Shown here one piece after another: positions 43,353 through 52,948 of a stretch of 64,000 nucleotides of DNA. The translations under genes were made by a program, and so were the position numbers. Positions within the stretch are counted from its first letter, which is position 1; each line of letters starts with the position of its first letter. The notes under the pieces were generated by a model. It saw only the letters and a list, made by a program, of their open reading frames with translations. It made no database searches and was not told the DNA's origin. This stretch comes from Chloroflexota bacterium (GTDB lineage Bacteria; Chloroflexota; Limnocylindria; P2-11E): positions 22,334-86,333 of the forward strand of contig VBFI01000040.1 of the NCBI GenBank assembly GCA_005889275.1. The letters run 5' to 3'.

Positions 43353-44921
43353 TCAGTCCGCCGGTGTGGCCTCTGTCATGAGGCCGGGCTCTTCGCCACC
43401 GACCTCGCTCCAGATCTTGGCGCCGCGCGGCTCGCGCAGGAATAGCGTCCCGATGACCACCGTCATGAGCGCGACGGTCATCACGTACGCGAGCCCGAGA
43501 TACGGGTTGCCGTTGGGATCGTTGGTCGAGTTGAAATTGCGAAGGCTGAGGGTCGACTCGATCGGCAGACCCATGAAGTTCTTGCCGAAGGGCACGTACA
43601 GCTTGCTGCCCTCCGGGTAGGTGGCACCGACGAGTGCGGTGAAGAGCAGCGGCAGCAGGCCGCCGAACCACCCGTTGCCGAAGTGGTACGGGATGGAGAG
43701 CGACGTGTAGCGCACCTTCGCGCGGAAGTACTCGACGAGGAAGGCCGCGATCGGGCCGTACACCATCGTCACGTAGATGACCTGGATCCAGACCAGAGCG
43801 ATCAGGACCGGTGTGTTCGGATCCGCCCCGGTGATGAGGCCGGTCGCGTCGCGCTTCACGTTCGCCGCGTCGGTCATCGCGTGATAGATCGGGAGGTAGG
43901 TGATCGCGGCGATGAGGCAGCCCGCCAGGATGATCACCTTGCGGCCGATGCGGTCGGATAGCCAGCCGAAGAAAAGGAAGAACGGCGTGCCGAGGGCGAC
44001 CGCCCACAGCATGATCGTGTACGACTGCGTGAAGCTCAGCTTCAGGTACGTCGTCATGAAGAAGTTCGCCTGGAACTGTCCCTGGTACCACACGACGCCC
44101 TGACCAGCGGTGAGCCCGAGGAGCACGAGCGCGATAGTGCCGACCTTGCGGCCGCTGAAGGCCTCGCTGGCCCAGTTGCCGGCACCGGTCACCGACTGCT
44201 TCGCGTCCTTCAGACGTGCGAAGAGCGGCGTCTCTTGAAGCCGAATACGGATGTACAACGCGAGGACGACGAGGACCGCCGAGATCCAGAACGGATAGCG
44301 CCATCCTTGTGAGGCGAAGTCCGCGGGGGCCATGTTCGTGCGGAAGAACAGGATGATCGCGAGCGCGAGGAAGAACCCGACCGTCGCGGTGGTCTGGATC
44401 CACGCGGTATAGAGGCCGCGCTTGTTGTCGGGCGCGTGCTCGGCGACGTAGATCGCTGCGCCGCCGTACTCGCCACCGAGCGCGAGACCTTGCGCGAGCC
44501 GGAGGATCACGAGGATGATTCCTGCGGCGATGCCGATTTGCGCGTGCGTCGGCAGCACGCCGACGAGCACCGTCGCGAGCCCCATCACTGTGATCGTCAC
44601 GAGGAATGTGTACTTGCGGCCGATGATGTCCCCGAGCGCTCCGAAGAACACGGCGCCGAACGGCCGCACGAGGAATCCCGCGGCGTACGCGGCGAATGCC
44701 GCGAGCGCGGAGGCCGTGGGGTTGTCGCTCGGGAAGAAGATAGGCGCGAGGAATGGCGTGAGCGTCGCGTAGAGATAGAAGTCGTACCACTCGATGATGG
44801 TTCCCGCGGAAGCGGCCGTGATGACGAACGGAAGCCCGTACGTCGGTCTCGTCGCCGTGGCCGCGGTTGCCGTTCGCGTTGCCAACTTGCCCCTCCTTAG
44901 TTGACGCAACGAAAGGTGCAT
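43353..44921 (-). CDS. MFS transporter, metabolite:H+ symporter (MHS) family
   Basis: 522 aa. GALGDIIGRK and LALGGEYGGAAIYVAEHAP signature motifs of ProP/KgtP-type MHS transporters. Downstream of acs on the same strand. Confidence 0.8.
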   Translation of the reverse strand: MHLSLRQLRRGKLATRTATAATATRPTYGLPFVITAASAGTIIEWYDFYLYATLTPFLAPIFFPSDNPTASALAAFAAYAAGFLVRPFGAVFFGALGDIIGRKYTFLVTITVMGLATVLVGVLPTHAQIGIAAGIILVILRLAQGLALGGEYGGAAIYVAEHAPDNKRGLYTAWIQTTATVGFFLALAIILFFRTNMAPADFASQGWRYPFWISAVLVVLALYIRIRLQETPLFARLKDAKQSVTGAGNWASEAFSGRKVGTIALVLLGLTAGQGVVWYQGQFQANFFMTTYLKLSFTQSYTIMLWAVALGTPFFLFFGWLSDRIGRKVIILAGCLIAAITYLPIYHAMTDAANVKRDATGLITGADPNTPVLIALVWIQVIYVTMVYGPIAAFLVEYFRAKVRYTSLSIPYHFGNGWFGGLLPLLFTALVGATYPEGSKLYVPFGKNFMGLPIESTLSLRNFNSTNDPNGNPYLGLAYVMTVALMTVVIGTLFLREPRGAKIWSEVGGEEPGLMTEATPAD

Positions 44922-45049
44922 GACGTGGTAGTCGAGATTGCTTGGTCGGTCACCTCCCCGGCGAAAGCGCGAGCCACCCCTTTGAAGGCAGTTGTCTAGG
45001 GCTTTCTTTGGGCATCGTCAATTTGCCTTTCCGCCCTGTGGCACGACGC

Positions 45050-47014
45050 TCAGTCGTCTTTGCCCGAAGCGGAGGCGGTCCGGATCGCATCGACGACGGT
45101 CGCGTCGGCGAGGGTGGTGGTGTCTCCGAGCGGCTGGCCGTTGGCGATGTCCCGCAACAGCCTTCGCATGATCTTTCCAGAGCGCGTCTTCGGCAGCTCC
45201 GGAGCGAACATCACCGTCTTCGGGCGGGCGATGGAGCCGATCGCCTTCACGACGTGCTCGCGGAGCTCCTTCGACAGCTCCTCGCTGCCCTGGTTCCCGC
45301 TGCGGAGCGTTACGAACGCGAAGATCGCCTGGCCGGTGACCGGGTCCTCGCGTCCGATGACCGCCGATTCGGCGACCTTCGGATGTGAGACGAGCGCCGA
45401 CTCGACCTCCGTCGTGGAGATGCGGTGGCCCGAGATCTTCATGACGTCGTCCACGCGTCCCATCAGCCAGAAGTAGCCGTCCTTGTCGCGGCGGGCGCCG
45501 TCGCCCGCGAAGTACCTGCCGGGGTAGCGGCTCCAGTACGTCTCCCGGTAGCGCTTGTCGTCTTTGTAGATGCCGCGGAGCATCGCCGGCCAGGGACGCG
45601 AGATCACGAGATAGCCCGCACCGCCGAGCGGTACGGATTTGCCTTCCTCGTCGACGACGTCCGCCTTCACGCCCGGGAATGGGAACGTCGCGCTCCCCGG
45701 TTTGCACGTCGTGATCCCGGGAAGCGGCGTGATGAGGATCATGCCCGTCTCGGTCATCCACCAGGTGTCGACGATCGGGCAGCGCGACCCGCCGATCACC
45801 TCGTGGTACCAGAGCCAGGCCTCCGGGTTGATCGGCTCGCCGACCGAGCCGAGCAGCCGTAGCGAGCGCATGTCGTGCTTCTGCGGAAGCTCCGCTCCCC
45901 ACTTCATGAACGTCCGGATCGCGGTCGGCGCGCAGTACAGGATCGAGACCTTGTATTTCTCGATGATCGACCACCAGCGATCCTTGTCCGGGAAATCGGG
46001 CGTGCCCTCGTACATGACGCCGGTCGTCCCGTTCGCCAGCGGGCCGAAGACGATGTAGCTGTGCCCGGTGACCCAGCCGATGTCCGCGGCGCACCAGTAC
46101 ACGTCGTCGTCCTTGACGTCGAAGATCATCTTGTGCGTGGCCGCGACCCCGGTCAGGTACCCGGCCGTCGTGTGCACGATGCCCTTCGGCCTCGCGGTCG
46201 TGCCCGAGGTGTAAAGCAGGTAGAGCATGTGCTCGCTCTCGAGCGACTCGGCAGGGCACTCCGGCTTCTGCCGATCCACGACCTCGTGCCACCAGAGGTC
46301 GCGACCCGGGGTCCACGGGACGTCCTGCTTGGTGCGGCGCACGACGAGGACCTTCTCGATCGTCTTCGTCTGCGCGACCGCGTCGTCCGCGTTCTTCTTC
46401 AGCGGCACGACAGCGCCCTTGCGGTAGCCACCGTCGGCGGTGACGAGCACTTTCGCTTCGGCGTCGTTGATGCGCCCGGCGAGGGCCTCCGCCGAGAAGC
46501 CCCCGAAGACGACGGTGAAGGGAGCGCCGATCCGCGCGCAGGCGAGCATCGCCGCGGGGAGCTCCGGGATCATCGGCATGTAGATCGCGACCCGGTCCCC
46601 CTTGCGAACGCCGAGCTCCTTGAGGGCGTTGGCGGCCCGGCTCACCAGGTCGAGGAGGTCCTGGTAGGTGAGGACGCGCGCGTCGCCGGGCTCGCCCTCC
46701 CAGTAGTAGGCGACCTTCGTGCCGTTGCCCGCCTTTACGTGGCGGTCGAGGCAGTTCTCCGAGATGTTGAGCTCACCACCCGCGAACCACTTGGCGTACG
46801 GCACGTCCCAGTCGAGGACCTTGCCGAAGGGCTTGCGCCACGTGAGCGTCCTTGCCTGCTCGGCCCAGAATCCCTCGAAGTCCTTCTCGGCCCGCTCGTA
46901 GATGGACGGATCCTTAACGTTCGCCTGCGCGGCGAACGCCTTGGGCGGCGGAAAGGTCCGATCCTCTCGGGCAAAGGTCTCGAGAGCGGTCGCCGATTTC
47001 GCCCCGGTGGCCAT
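45050..47014 (-). CDS. acs: acetyl-coenzyme A synthetase
   Basis: 654 aa. AMP-binding YTSGTTARPKG, ...VDTWWMTETG..., and C-terminal PKTRSGKIMRR catalytic Lys motif. Confidence 0.9.
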   Translation of the reverse strand: MATGAKSATALETFAREDRTFPPPKAFAAQANVKDPSIYERAEKDFEGFWAEQARTLTWRKPFGKVLDWDVPYAKWFAGGELNISENCLDRHVKAGNGTKVAYYWEGEPGDARVLTYQDLLDLVSRAANALKELGVRKGDRVAIYMPMIPELPAAMLACARIGAPFTVVFGGFSAEALAGRINDAEAKVLVTADGGYRKGAVVPLKKNADDAVAQTKTIEKVLVVRRTKQDVPWTPGRDLWWHEVVDRQKPECPAESLESEHMLYLLYTSGTTARPKGIVHTTAGYLTGVAATHKMIFDVKDDDVYWCAADIGWVTGHSYIVFGPLANGTTGVMYEGTPDFPDKDRWWSIIEKYKVSILYCAPTAIRTFMKWGAELPQKHDMRSLRLLGSVGEPINPEAWLWYHEVIGGSRCPIVDTWWMTETGMILITPLPGITTCKPGSATFPFPGVKADVVDEEGKSVPLGGAGYLVISRPWPAMLRGIYKDDKRYRETYWSRYPGRYFAGDGARRDKDGYFWLMGRVDDVMKISGHRISTTEVESALVSHPKVAESAVIGREDPVTGQAIFAFVTLRSGNQGSEELSKELREHVVKAIGSIARPKTVMFAPELPKTRSGKIMRRLLRDIANGQPLGDTTTLADATVVDAIRTASASGKDD

Positions 47015-47027
47015 CCTGCGTCCTCCC

Positions 47028-47525
47028 CTAGAGGGCGCTCGGCCTCCCGTGGTCGAGCGCTTCGAGATGAGCCTTGTAGTGATTCGGCAGCATGAGGAGC
47101 CAGCCGAAACAATTCAAATCGCCGTAGTACGGGTGGCGCGCGGTCCTCGCCACGTCCGGCTGGGCGGGGAACTCGGCGACCAGCCGGCCTGCCGCGGCGG
47201 CGGTCTTCTCGGCGAGGCCGGCGATCCCGGTCCGGGTCACCGCGGCGGCCGCCGGGCGGGGCTGGCCGGTCGGACCGGGAAGGGCGCCTTGCGCGAGGCG
47301 CAATCCGATCAGGACGCTGCCACGCTCGACGATCAGGAGGTGGGTCGCCACCTGACCGAGCCCCCAGTCGTCGTCGGTGCCCGCGGTGAGGTCGGCGTCG
47401 GAGGCGGCGGCCACCCGGTCGAGGAGCTCGCGGCGGCCGGCGGCGGTCGCGTCGACCAGAAGACGGATCGTCTCGCGCAGCCAATCGGGTCTGTCCGGCG
47501 GGTCGTCGACGACCCGAAGGGTCAC
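47028..47525 (-). CDS. DinB-family / mycothiol-maleylpyruvate-isomerase N-terminal-domain-like protein
   Basis: 165 aa. GQVATHLL...; second DinB-type protein in the window. Confidence 0.45.
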   Translation of the reverse strand: MTLRVVDDPPDRPDWLRETIRLLVDATAAGRRELLDRVAAASDADLTAGTDDDWGLGQVATHLLIVERGSVLIGLRLAQGALPGPTGQPRPAAAAVTRTGIAGLAEKTAAAAGRLVAEFPAQPDVARTARHPYYGDLNCFGWLLMLPNHYKAHLEALDHGRPSAL

Positions 47526-47605
47526 CGTCGCATCATGCGCTCTTGTGCGTTCGTGCAGAATGCGGCGCGAACTAACAAGGCCGTAGGCCGCTCTGGAGGG
47601 ATACG

Positions 47606-47896
47606 TTGGCTGGGATCTCGAAGTCGGAGACCATGAATCGGCTGTCTGAGAAGACCGGCCTCACCAAGAAGCAGGTGGGGCAATTTCTGGATGAGCTCGC
47701 GGGGCTCGCGTACAAGGAAGCGCGGAACGGGTTCACCATCCCCGGGGTCGGGAAGCTTGTCGTCGTCGACCGCAAGGCGCGGATGGGGCGCAACCCGGCG
47801 ACCGGCCAGCCGATCTCGATCCCCGCGAAGCGCGTGCTCAAGTTCCGCATCGCCAAGCAGGCGAAGGACTCTGTTCTCGCGAAACGCACCAAGTAG
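47606..47896 (+). CDS. hup: HU-family DNA-binding protein
   Basis: MNRLSEKTGLTKKQVGQFLDEL...GFTIPGVGKL...ARMGRNPATGQPISIPA...FR; canonical HU/IHF fold motifs plus Lys-rich tail. Confidence 0.85.
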   Translation: MAGISKSETMNRLSEKTGLTKKQVGQFLDELAGLAYKEARNGFTIPGVGKLVVVDRKARMGRNPATGQPISIPAKRVLKFRIAKQAKDSVLAKRTK

Positions 47897-47995
47897 GGGC
47901 GACGCTCACGTAGCACTCATCCGGAGCGGGGCTCATCGCGGAGGGGCGGTGGGCCTCGCTCTCGTCCGTCGCGGGTTCTCCGATAACGTGGAGCG

Positions 47996-49111
47996 GTGAC
48001 CGTCACGAGATCTGCGAACCGTTATCCATCGGCGGGTCGGTTGGCGCCGGACCAGATCGTGTCGCCCGCGGGACCGGACGTTCCGTTCCCGCCGCAGGAG
48101 GCCTTGCTCGTCGAGAAGATTCCTGTCGGCGCGAACATCTGGTACGAGCCGAAATGGGACGGCTTCCGCGGTGTATTGGAGAACGACGGCGGCGCGCTCG
48201 GTCTTTGGAGCCGTAACGGCCGACCGCTCCTCCGCTACTTCCCCGAGCTCCGACCGCTCGGCGAAAGAATGCCGCCGCACTCGGCACTCGATGGAGAGAT
48301 CGTCATCGAGCAGGAGGGGCGGCTGGAGTTCGACCTGATGCAGATGCGCTTGCACCCGGCCGAGTCACGGATCCGCAAACTGTCCGGTGAGATCCCGGCG
48401 CGGTTCATCGCCTTCGACGTGCTGCTCTGGAACGGCGTGCCTCTTCATCAAAAGCCGTTGGCGGAGCGTCGCGCATTCCTCGAACAGAACGTCAAGGGCT
48501 TCGAGCTCTCGGAGATCACGCGCGATGTCGATAAGGCAAAGATGTGGCTCGAACGGCTCGAGGTGCTTGGCCTCGACGGCATCGTGGCGAAGCGTGCCGA
48601 TCTTCCGTACATGCCCGGCTCACGCGACGCTGTGCAGAAGGTCAAGCACCACCGAACGATCGACTGCGTCATCGTCGGCTACCGCACGAGTGGCAAGAAG
48701 ATCGCGAGTCTCTTGCTCGGTCTGTATCGCGACGATGGCACGCTCGACTTCGTCGGCCACACTTCGGGGATCGGTGCCGACCTCGAGCCGCAGCTGCAAA
48801 AGCTTCTCCCTCCGCTTCTCGAAGAAGAGGGGACCTTCGCCAAGCAATTCGCCGGCGAGATCGAAGGACGGATCCCAGGCGGCGGGTCGCGTTGGTCGCA
48901 GGGCCGCGATCTGCCGTGGCACGAAGTGCGACCCGAGATCGTGTGCGAGATCCGCTTCGACAAGCTCGAGGGCGAGCGCTTCCGTCACGGCACGCGGTTC
49001 ATCCGCTTCCGACCGGACAAGGACCCCAAGCAATGCACGTGGTCACAGCTCGACGTTTCGAAACGCGTTGGCGATCCAAGCCTCGCCGATCTGCTGGCGG
49101 GAAGTGCCTAG
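47996..49111 (+). CDS. ATP-dependent DNA ligase (LigD ligase-domain-like, stand-alone)
   Basis: Motif I KWDGFRG, motif III FDVLLWNG, motif IV DGIVAK, motif V ...KVK. OB-fold C-terminus. Confidence 0.8.
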   Translation: MTVTRSANRYPSAGRLAPDQIVSPAGPDVPFPPQEALLVEKIPVGANIWYEPKWDGFRGVLENDGGALGLWSRNGRPLLRYFPELRPLGERMPPHSALDGEIVIEQEGRLEFDLMQMRLHPAESRIRKLSGEIPARFIAFDVLLWNGVPLHQKPLAERRAFLEQNVKGFELSEITRDVDKAKMWLERLEVLGLDGIVAKRADLPYMPGSRDAVQKVKHHRTIDCVIVGYRTSGKKIASLLLGLYRDDGTLDFVGHTSGIGADLEPQLQKLLPPLLEEEGTFAKQFAGEIEGRIPGGGSRWSQGRDLPWHEVRPEIVCEIRFDKLEGERFRHGTRFIRFRPDKDPKQCTWSQLDVSKRVGDPSLADLLAGSA

Positions 49112-49487
49112 TCCCAGTCACTGAGCTGCGGCTCTCGTTCGGCCCCGATGGCCCTAGGCCTTGATGCGCTGGCCCTTCGTCGCGCACGGAATGAAGTTCG
49201 GGATCTCGTGGCTCCCGCCGAGAAGCCGGAACGCACCACTGCCGAACAACGCGATCGCATACAGGGTCAGGCGTCGTCCTCGGCTGACGCGAAGGCTCGG
49301 GTGGTTCGATGAAGGACCGATGAAGAGTCCATGGACCACTCGCGGAGGAATCACGCACACGGTCTAGGTCAAATTGATGATCCCGACCGCCGGTTCCTCT
49401 AGTACCCGGGTCCTATGACACGCCGCACCCGAAAGCCCGTTCTCGGAGCGAAGGACCATGGGTCCCGGTGGGAAGGAGCGAACGAGT

Positions 49488-50192
49488 ATGTTTTCGCGAT
49501 CGACTCTGCGTTACGCCCTCGTGGCCACGGTGGCAGCGGCTTCCGCGATGGCCATGGTGGCGACGGCGGCCTACGCGCACAACGACGGCTTCAACGAGCG
49601 GATCGCCGCGTGCTTTGACTCGCGCGATCCCAACAGCGACGAATGCCTCTCCGCGCTGGAAGTGAGCCCGGTCGGCGCGGATTTCTTCGCGCAGCTCGCG
49701 ACCAACGTCGCGAATCATCCGGTGAAGCCCGAGCCGAAGCCCGAGCCGAAGCCCGAGCCCAAGCCCAAGACCACGACTGACCTCTGGACGCTCATGAAGG
49801 CCTGCGTGGAGACGAAGGACCTCTCGAGCGACCAGTGCCAGCAGGCGCAGGAGGCGAGCGGCCTCTCCGCCGACGACTTCAAGGCAAAGCTCGCGGCGAA
49901 GTTCGGCTGCGTCAGCGCGAGCAATCACGATGGCGGCGATCCTTGCACGAAGAAAGTCGCTGAATGCGCGAGCGCGAGCAACAACGAAGGCAACGACCCG
50001 TGCGCCGTCAAGCCCGCCGAGACGTACACCACCACGACCCCGAACATGCGCGAATGCTTCTCGCTCCGCTCCTCGGTGAATGCCATGTCGGCCAGGGACC
50101 TGGCCACGAAGGCCGAGAAGATCGCGGCCGTCTGCCGCAAGGCGGTCTACGAGTCACGCATGAGCGCCGGAGAGTTCTGGAAGCACCGCTAG
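49488..50192 (+). CDS. secreted Cys-rich protein with (KPEP)n linker
   Basis: GGGAAGGAG SD. Signal peptide MFSRSTLRYALVATVAAASAMAMVATAAYA. 12 Cys in repeated D.C/E.C patterns; KPEPKPEPKPEPKPK spacer. Confidence 0.5.
   Translation: MFSRSTLRYALVATVAAASAMAMVATAAYAHNDGFNERIAACFDSRDPNSDECLSALEVSPVGADFFAQLATNVANHPVKPEPKPEPKPEPKPKTTTDLWTLMKACVETKDLSSDQCQQAQEASGLSADDFKAKLAAKFGCVSASNHDGGDPCTKKVAECASASNNEGNDPCAVKPAETYTTTTPNMRECFSLRSSVNAMSARDLATKAEKIAAVCRKAVYESRMSAGEFWKHR
49725..49769 (+). repeat. 12-nt tandem repeat (AAGCCCGAGCCG)x3.75 encoding KPEP repeats
   Basis: Read directly: aagcccgagccg aagcccgagccg aagcccgagccc aagcccaag. Confidence 0.8.
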
Positions 50193-50225
50193 CCACGCAC
50201 CCCTACTCCAAGCGGCCCGAGCCAT

Positions 50226-51236
50226 CTACCGGTGGCTCGGGCCGCGCTGCTTTCCGGCTTCGCGCCCGAAGTACTCGGCGCGCCAATCTCGTGGGGGTCC
50301 CGGGCGCGACCGCCGTTTCGGAGCCGTCCGCTTCACCTTGAGCACGTCGAAGAGCGGATCGAGGCTCACGGCGCGCTCCCACATTCCCGCGGTGAGGTCG
50401 CCGACCGCGGCGATCCGATCGCGCATCGTCCGCATCGTGTAGTCGCCCGGCTCGACGTCGGGGACCTCGTCCCAGCGCAGTGGCGCCGACGCGCGGGCGT
50501 CCTCGACGGGGCGGATCGAGTACGCCGACGCGATCGTCCGATCGAACGCGTTCTGTCCGTAGTCCACGAACACGCCCGGCCGGCCGGCGACCTTCCACTG
50601 CGTCGTCGCGATCGTCGGGACGAGCTTCACGATTTCCTTCGCCATCGCGCGTGCGATCTCGCGCACGAGCGGGAACTCGAGCTCGACGACGATCGGCACA
50701 AGGATGTGCAGCCCGGTGACGCCACTCGTCTTCGGGTAGCTCGGGAGGTGAAGATCGTCCATGACGCGTTTTGCGGCCATGGCGATCTCGCGGACGTGCG
50801 ACCAGGGATTCCCCTCAGAGGGATCGAGGTCGATGAGCAGGTAATCGGGCCGATTGATGTCCGCGACGCGCGAGTGCCAGGTGTGGAGCTCGATGCAGCC
50901 GAGATTCGCGATCCAGGCAAGCCCGGCGGGATCGGTGACGACCGGGAAGTCAGCTTCGTTTCCGGACGGATAGCTGATGTGGACCGTCTCGAGCCACTCG
51001 GGGTGCGGATTCGGGACGCGCTTTTGGTAGAAGAACTCGCCGTCCACGCCATTGGGGTGCCGCTTCATCTGCATGGGGCGCCGCGCGACGTGATGCAGGA
51101 CGGCACCGGCGACGTCCACGTAGTAGCGGATGAGGTCGCCCTTCGTGAGACCCGGCTTCGGGAAGAAGACCTTCTCGAGATTCGTGACCTTGACCTCGCG
51201 GCCCGCGACGATCATCGGCTGGGCGGTGTCCGGCAT
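50226..51236 (-). CDS. NHEJ polymerase/primase domain protein (LigD Pol-domain-like, stand-alone)
   Basis: 336 aa. LLIDLDPSEG and KTSGVTGLHILVP motifs of the LigD primase-polymerase domain. Confidence 0.7.
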   Translation of the reverse strand: MPDTAQPMIVAGREVKVTNLEKVFFPKPGLTKGDLIRYYVDVAGAVLHHVARRPMQMKRHPNGVDGEFFYQKRVPNPHPEWLETVHISYPSGNEADFPVVTDPAGLAWIANLGCIELHTWHSRVADINRPDYLLIDLDPSEGNPWSHVREIAMAAKRVMDDLHLPSYPKTSGVTGLHILVPIVVELEFPLVREIARAMAKEIVKLVPTIATTQWKVAGRPGVFVDYGQNAFDRTIASAYSIRPVEDARASAPLRWDEVPDVEPGDYTMRTMRDRIAAVGDLTAGMWERAVSLDPLFDVLKVKRTAPKRRSRPGPPRDWRAEYFGREAGKQRGPSHR

Positions 51237-51257
51237 CGGGCGACTGTACCCTCGCGC

Positions 51258-52883
51258 CTAGAGGAGGCTGCGGTAGCTCGGGACGTACGCGCGCGACGCG
51301 ATGTAGCGCTCGAGGTCCTTCGCCCGCTCCACGCTCGCCAGACCGCGCGCAAACGCGACCTCCGCGACGCGCGCGGCAGCGTGCAGCTCGGTCGCGAGGA
51401 TCGCCGAGACGGGCGGATAGATCAGCCCGACCGCGATATCCGCGGGCGTCACCTGCTCGGCGACGCCGCGGGCCGCGGCGATGAACATCTCGTCGGTCAC
51501 GCGCCTCGCACCGGTCGCATACACCGCCATCCCGATCGCGGGGAAGATGTAGACGTTGTTCCCCTGGCCCGGGACGAAGGTCTTGTCGCCGAACCGGACC
51601 GGCGGGAACGGACTGCCACTCGCGAAGACCGCGCGCCCGCCCGACCACGCGTACGCCTGTTCGGCCGTGCATTCCGACCGCGAGGTCGGATTCGAGTACG
51701 GAAAGATCATCGGCCGCTCGTTCACGCGCGCCATGGCCTCGATGACGCGCTTGTCGAACGCGCCCCCGACCGTTGAAAGCCCGATGAGCCCGGTCGGCCG
51801 CAGCGCCTCGATCGCGCCCGTGAGGTCCGCGATCGGCGCGTGACGCTGCGCGAACTGGCGCTGGTAATCGTGCATCGCCCCGCGGTCGGTCGTGATGAGG
51901 CCCTGTCGGTCGAAGAGCGCGATCCGCGAGCGAGCGTCTTCCCGGGAGAGGCCCTCGCCCATCATCGCGGTCACGAGGAGCTCGGCGACGCCGATCGCCG
52001 CTGACCCCGCGCCGAGAAAGAGGAACCGCTGCGCCGCGAGCGGCGTGCCGGTGATCCGGAGCGCGCCGAAGAGGCCGGCGAGCGCGACCGCCGCGGTCCC
52101 CTGGATGTCGTCGTTGAAGCAGCAGACCGTGTCGCGGTAGCGCGCGAGAAGGCGGATCGCGTCGGGCCCGGCCCAGTCCTCGAACTGGATGCAGCACCGT
52201 GGGAACTCCTCCTGGACCGCGTCGACGAACTCGTCCACGAACGCATCGAGCTCCTCGTCCGACGAGCGCGGCTGCCTGAGGCCGAGATACAACGGATCGG
52301 CGAGGAGCTGCTCGTTGTTCGTCCCCTCGTCGACGAGCACGGGCAGCGTGTACTGCGGCGGCACGCCACCCGCGGCGGTGTAGAGCGCGAGCTTTCCGAT
52401 GGGGATGCCCATGCCGTTCGCGCCGAGGTCGCCCAGGCCGAGGATCCGTTCGCCGCTCGTGACGACGATGAAGCGCACATCGCGCTCGGGCCAGTTCCGC
52501 AGGATCTCGCGGACCCGACCCTTCCGCTTGACCGAGAGGTAGAGCCCGCGCGGCCGCCGGAAGAGATGGCCGAACTTCTGGCAGGCCTCGCCGACAGTCG
52601 GCGTGTAGACGATCGGCATGAAGCGAGCCGGGTCGCTCATGAGCAGGCGATAGAAGAGCGTTTCGTCGGTGTCCTGCAGCTGCGAGAGATAGATGTAGCG
52701 CTCGAGGTCCGTCGTCTTCGCGTCGAGCTGCACCTGCGCGCGACGGATCTGCGCGTCGAGATCGTCGATTCCCTCAGGGAGGAGCCCGAGGAGACCCAGC
52801 TTCTCGCGCTCGGCTTCGGTGAACGCGGTCGACTTGTTGAGGCGCGGGTCGTGGAGGAGATCTGGGCCGCGCGGCAGGCTCAT
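51258..52883 (-). CDS. NAD(P)-dependent malic enzyme
   Basis: 541 aa. FNDDIQGTAAVALAG, GAGSAAIGVAELL Rossmann, ...VYTPTVGEAC... motifs. Confidence 0.85.
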   Translation of the reverse strand: MSLPRGPDLLHDPRLNKSTAFTEAEREKLGLLGLLPEGIDDLDAQIRRAQVQLDAKTTDLERYIYLSQLQDTDETLFYRLLMSDPARFMPIVYTPTVGEACQKFGHLFRRPRGLYLSVKRKGRVREILRNWPERDVRFIVVTSGERILGLGDLGANGMGIPIGKLALYTAAGGVPPQYTLPVLVDEGTNNEQLLADPLYLGLRQPRSSDEELDAFVDEFVDAVQEEFPRCCIQFEDWAGPDAIRLLARYRDTVCCFNDDIQGTAAVALAGLFGALRITGTPLAAQRFLFLGAGSAAIGVAELLVTAMMGEGLSREDARSRIALFDRQGLITTDRGAMHDYQRQFAQRHAPIADLTGAIEALRPTGLIGLSTVGGAFDKRVIEAMARVNERPMIFPYSNPTSRSECTAEQAYAWSGGRAVFASGSPFPPVRFGDKTFVPGQGNNVYIFPAIGMAVYATGARRVTDEMFIAAARGVAEQVTPADIAVGLIYPPVSAILATELHAAARVAEVAFARGLASVERAKDLERYIASRAYVPSYRSLL

Positions 52884-52948
52884 CGCTCAGGAGGGTAGTG
52901 TCTCCGCCCGGCGGCGCGCTTCGGCCGCGCACGCCTCAGTCTTTGCGC

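Noticed and set aside
43204-44790. 528-aa minus-strand ORF in a second frame over the MHS transporter gene
   Set aside because: Arg-rich. The other frame encodes a 12-TM transporter with MHS signature motifs.
45018-46316. 432-aa minus-strand ORF in alternate frame over acs, and 406-aa plus-strand ORF 45875..47095
   Set aside because: Arg-rich shadow ORFs; acs reading frame has all AMP-binding motifs.
50232-52197. Long ORFs 50232..51776 (+) and 50950..52197 (-) across the LigD-pol / malic enzyme genes
   Set aside because: Low-complexity Arg/Asp composition. The real genes are in other frames.
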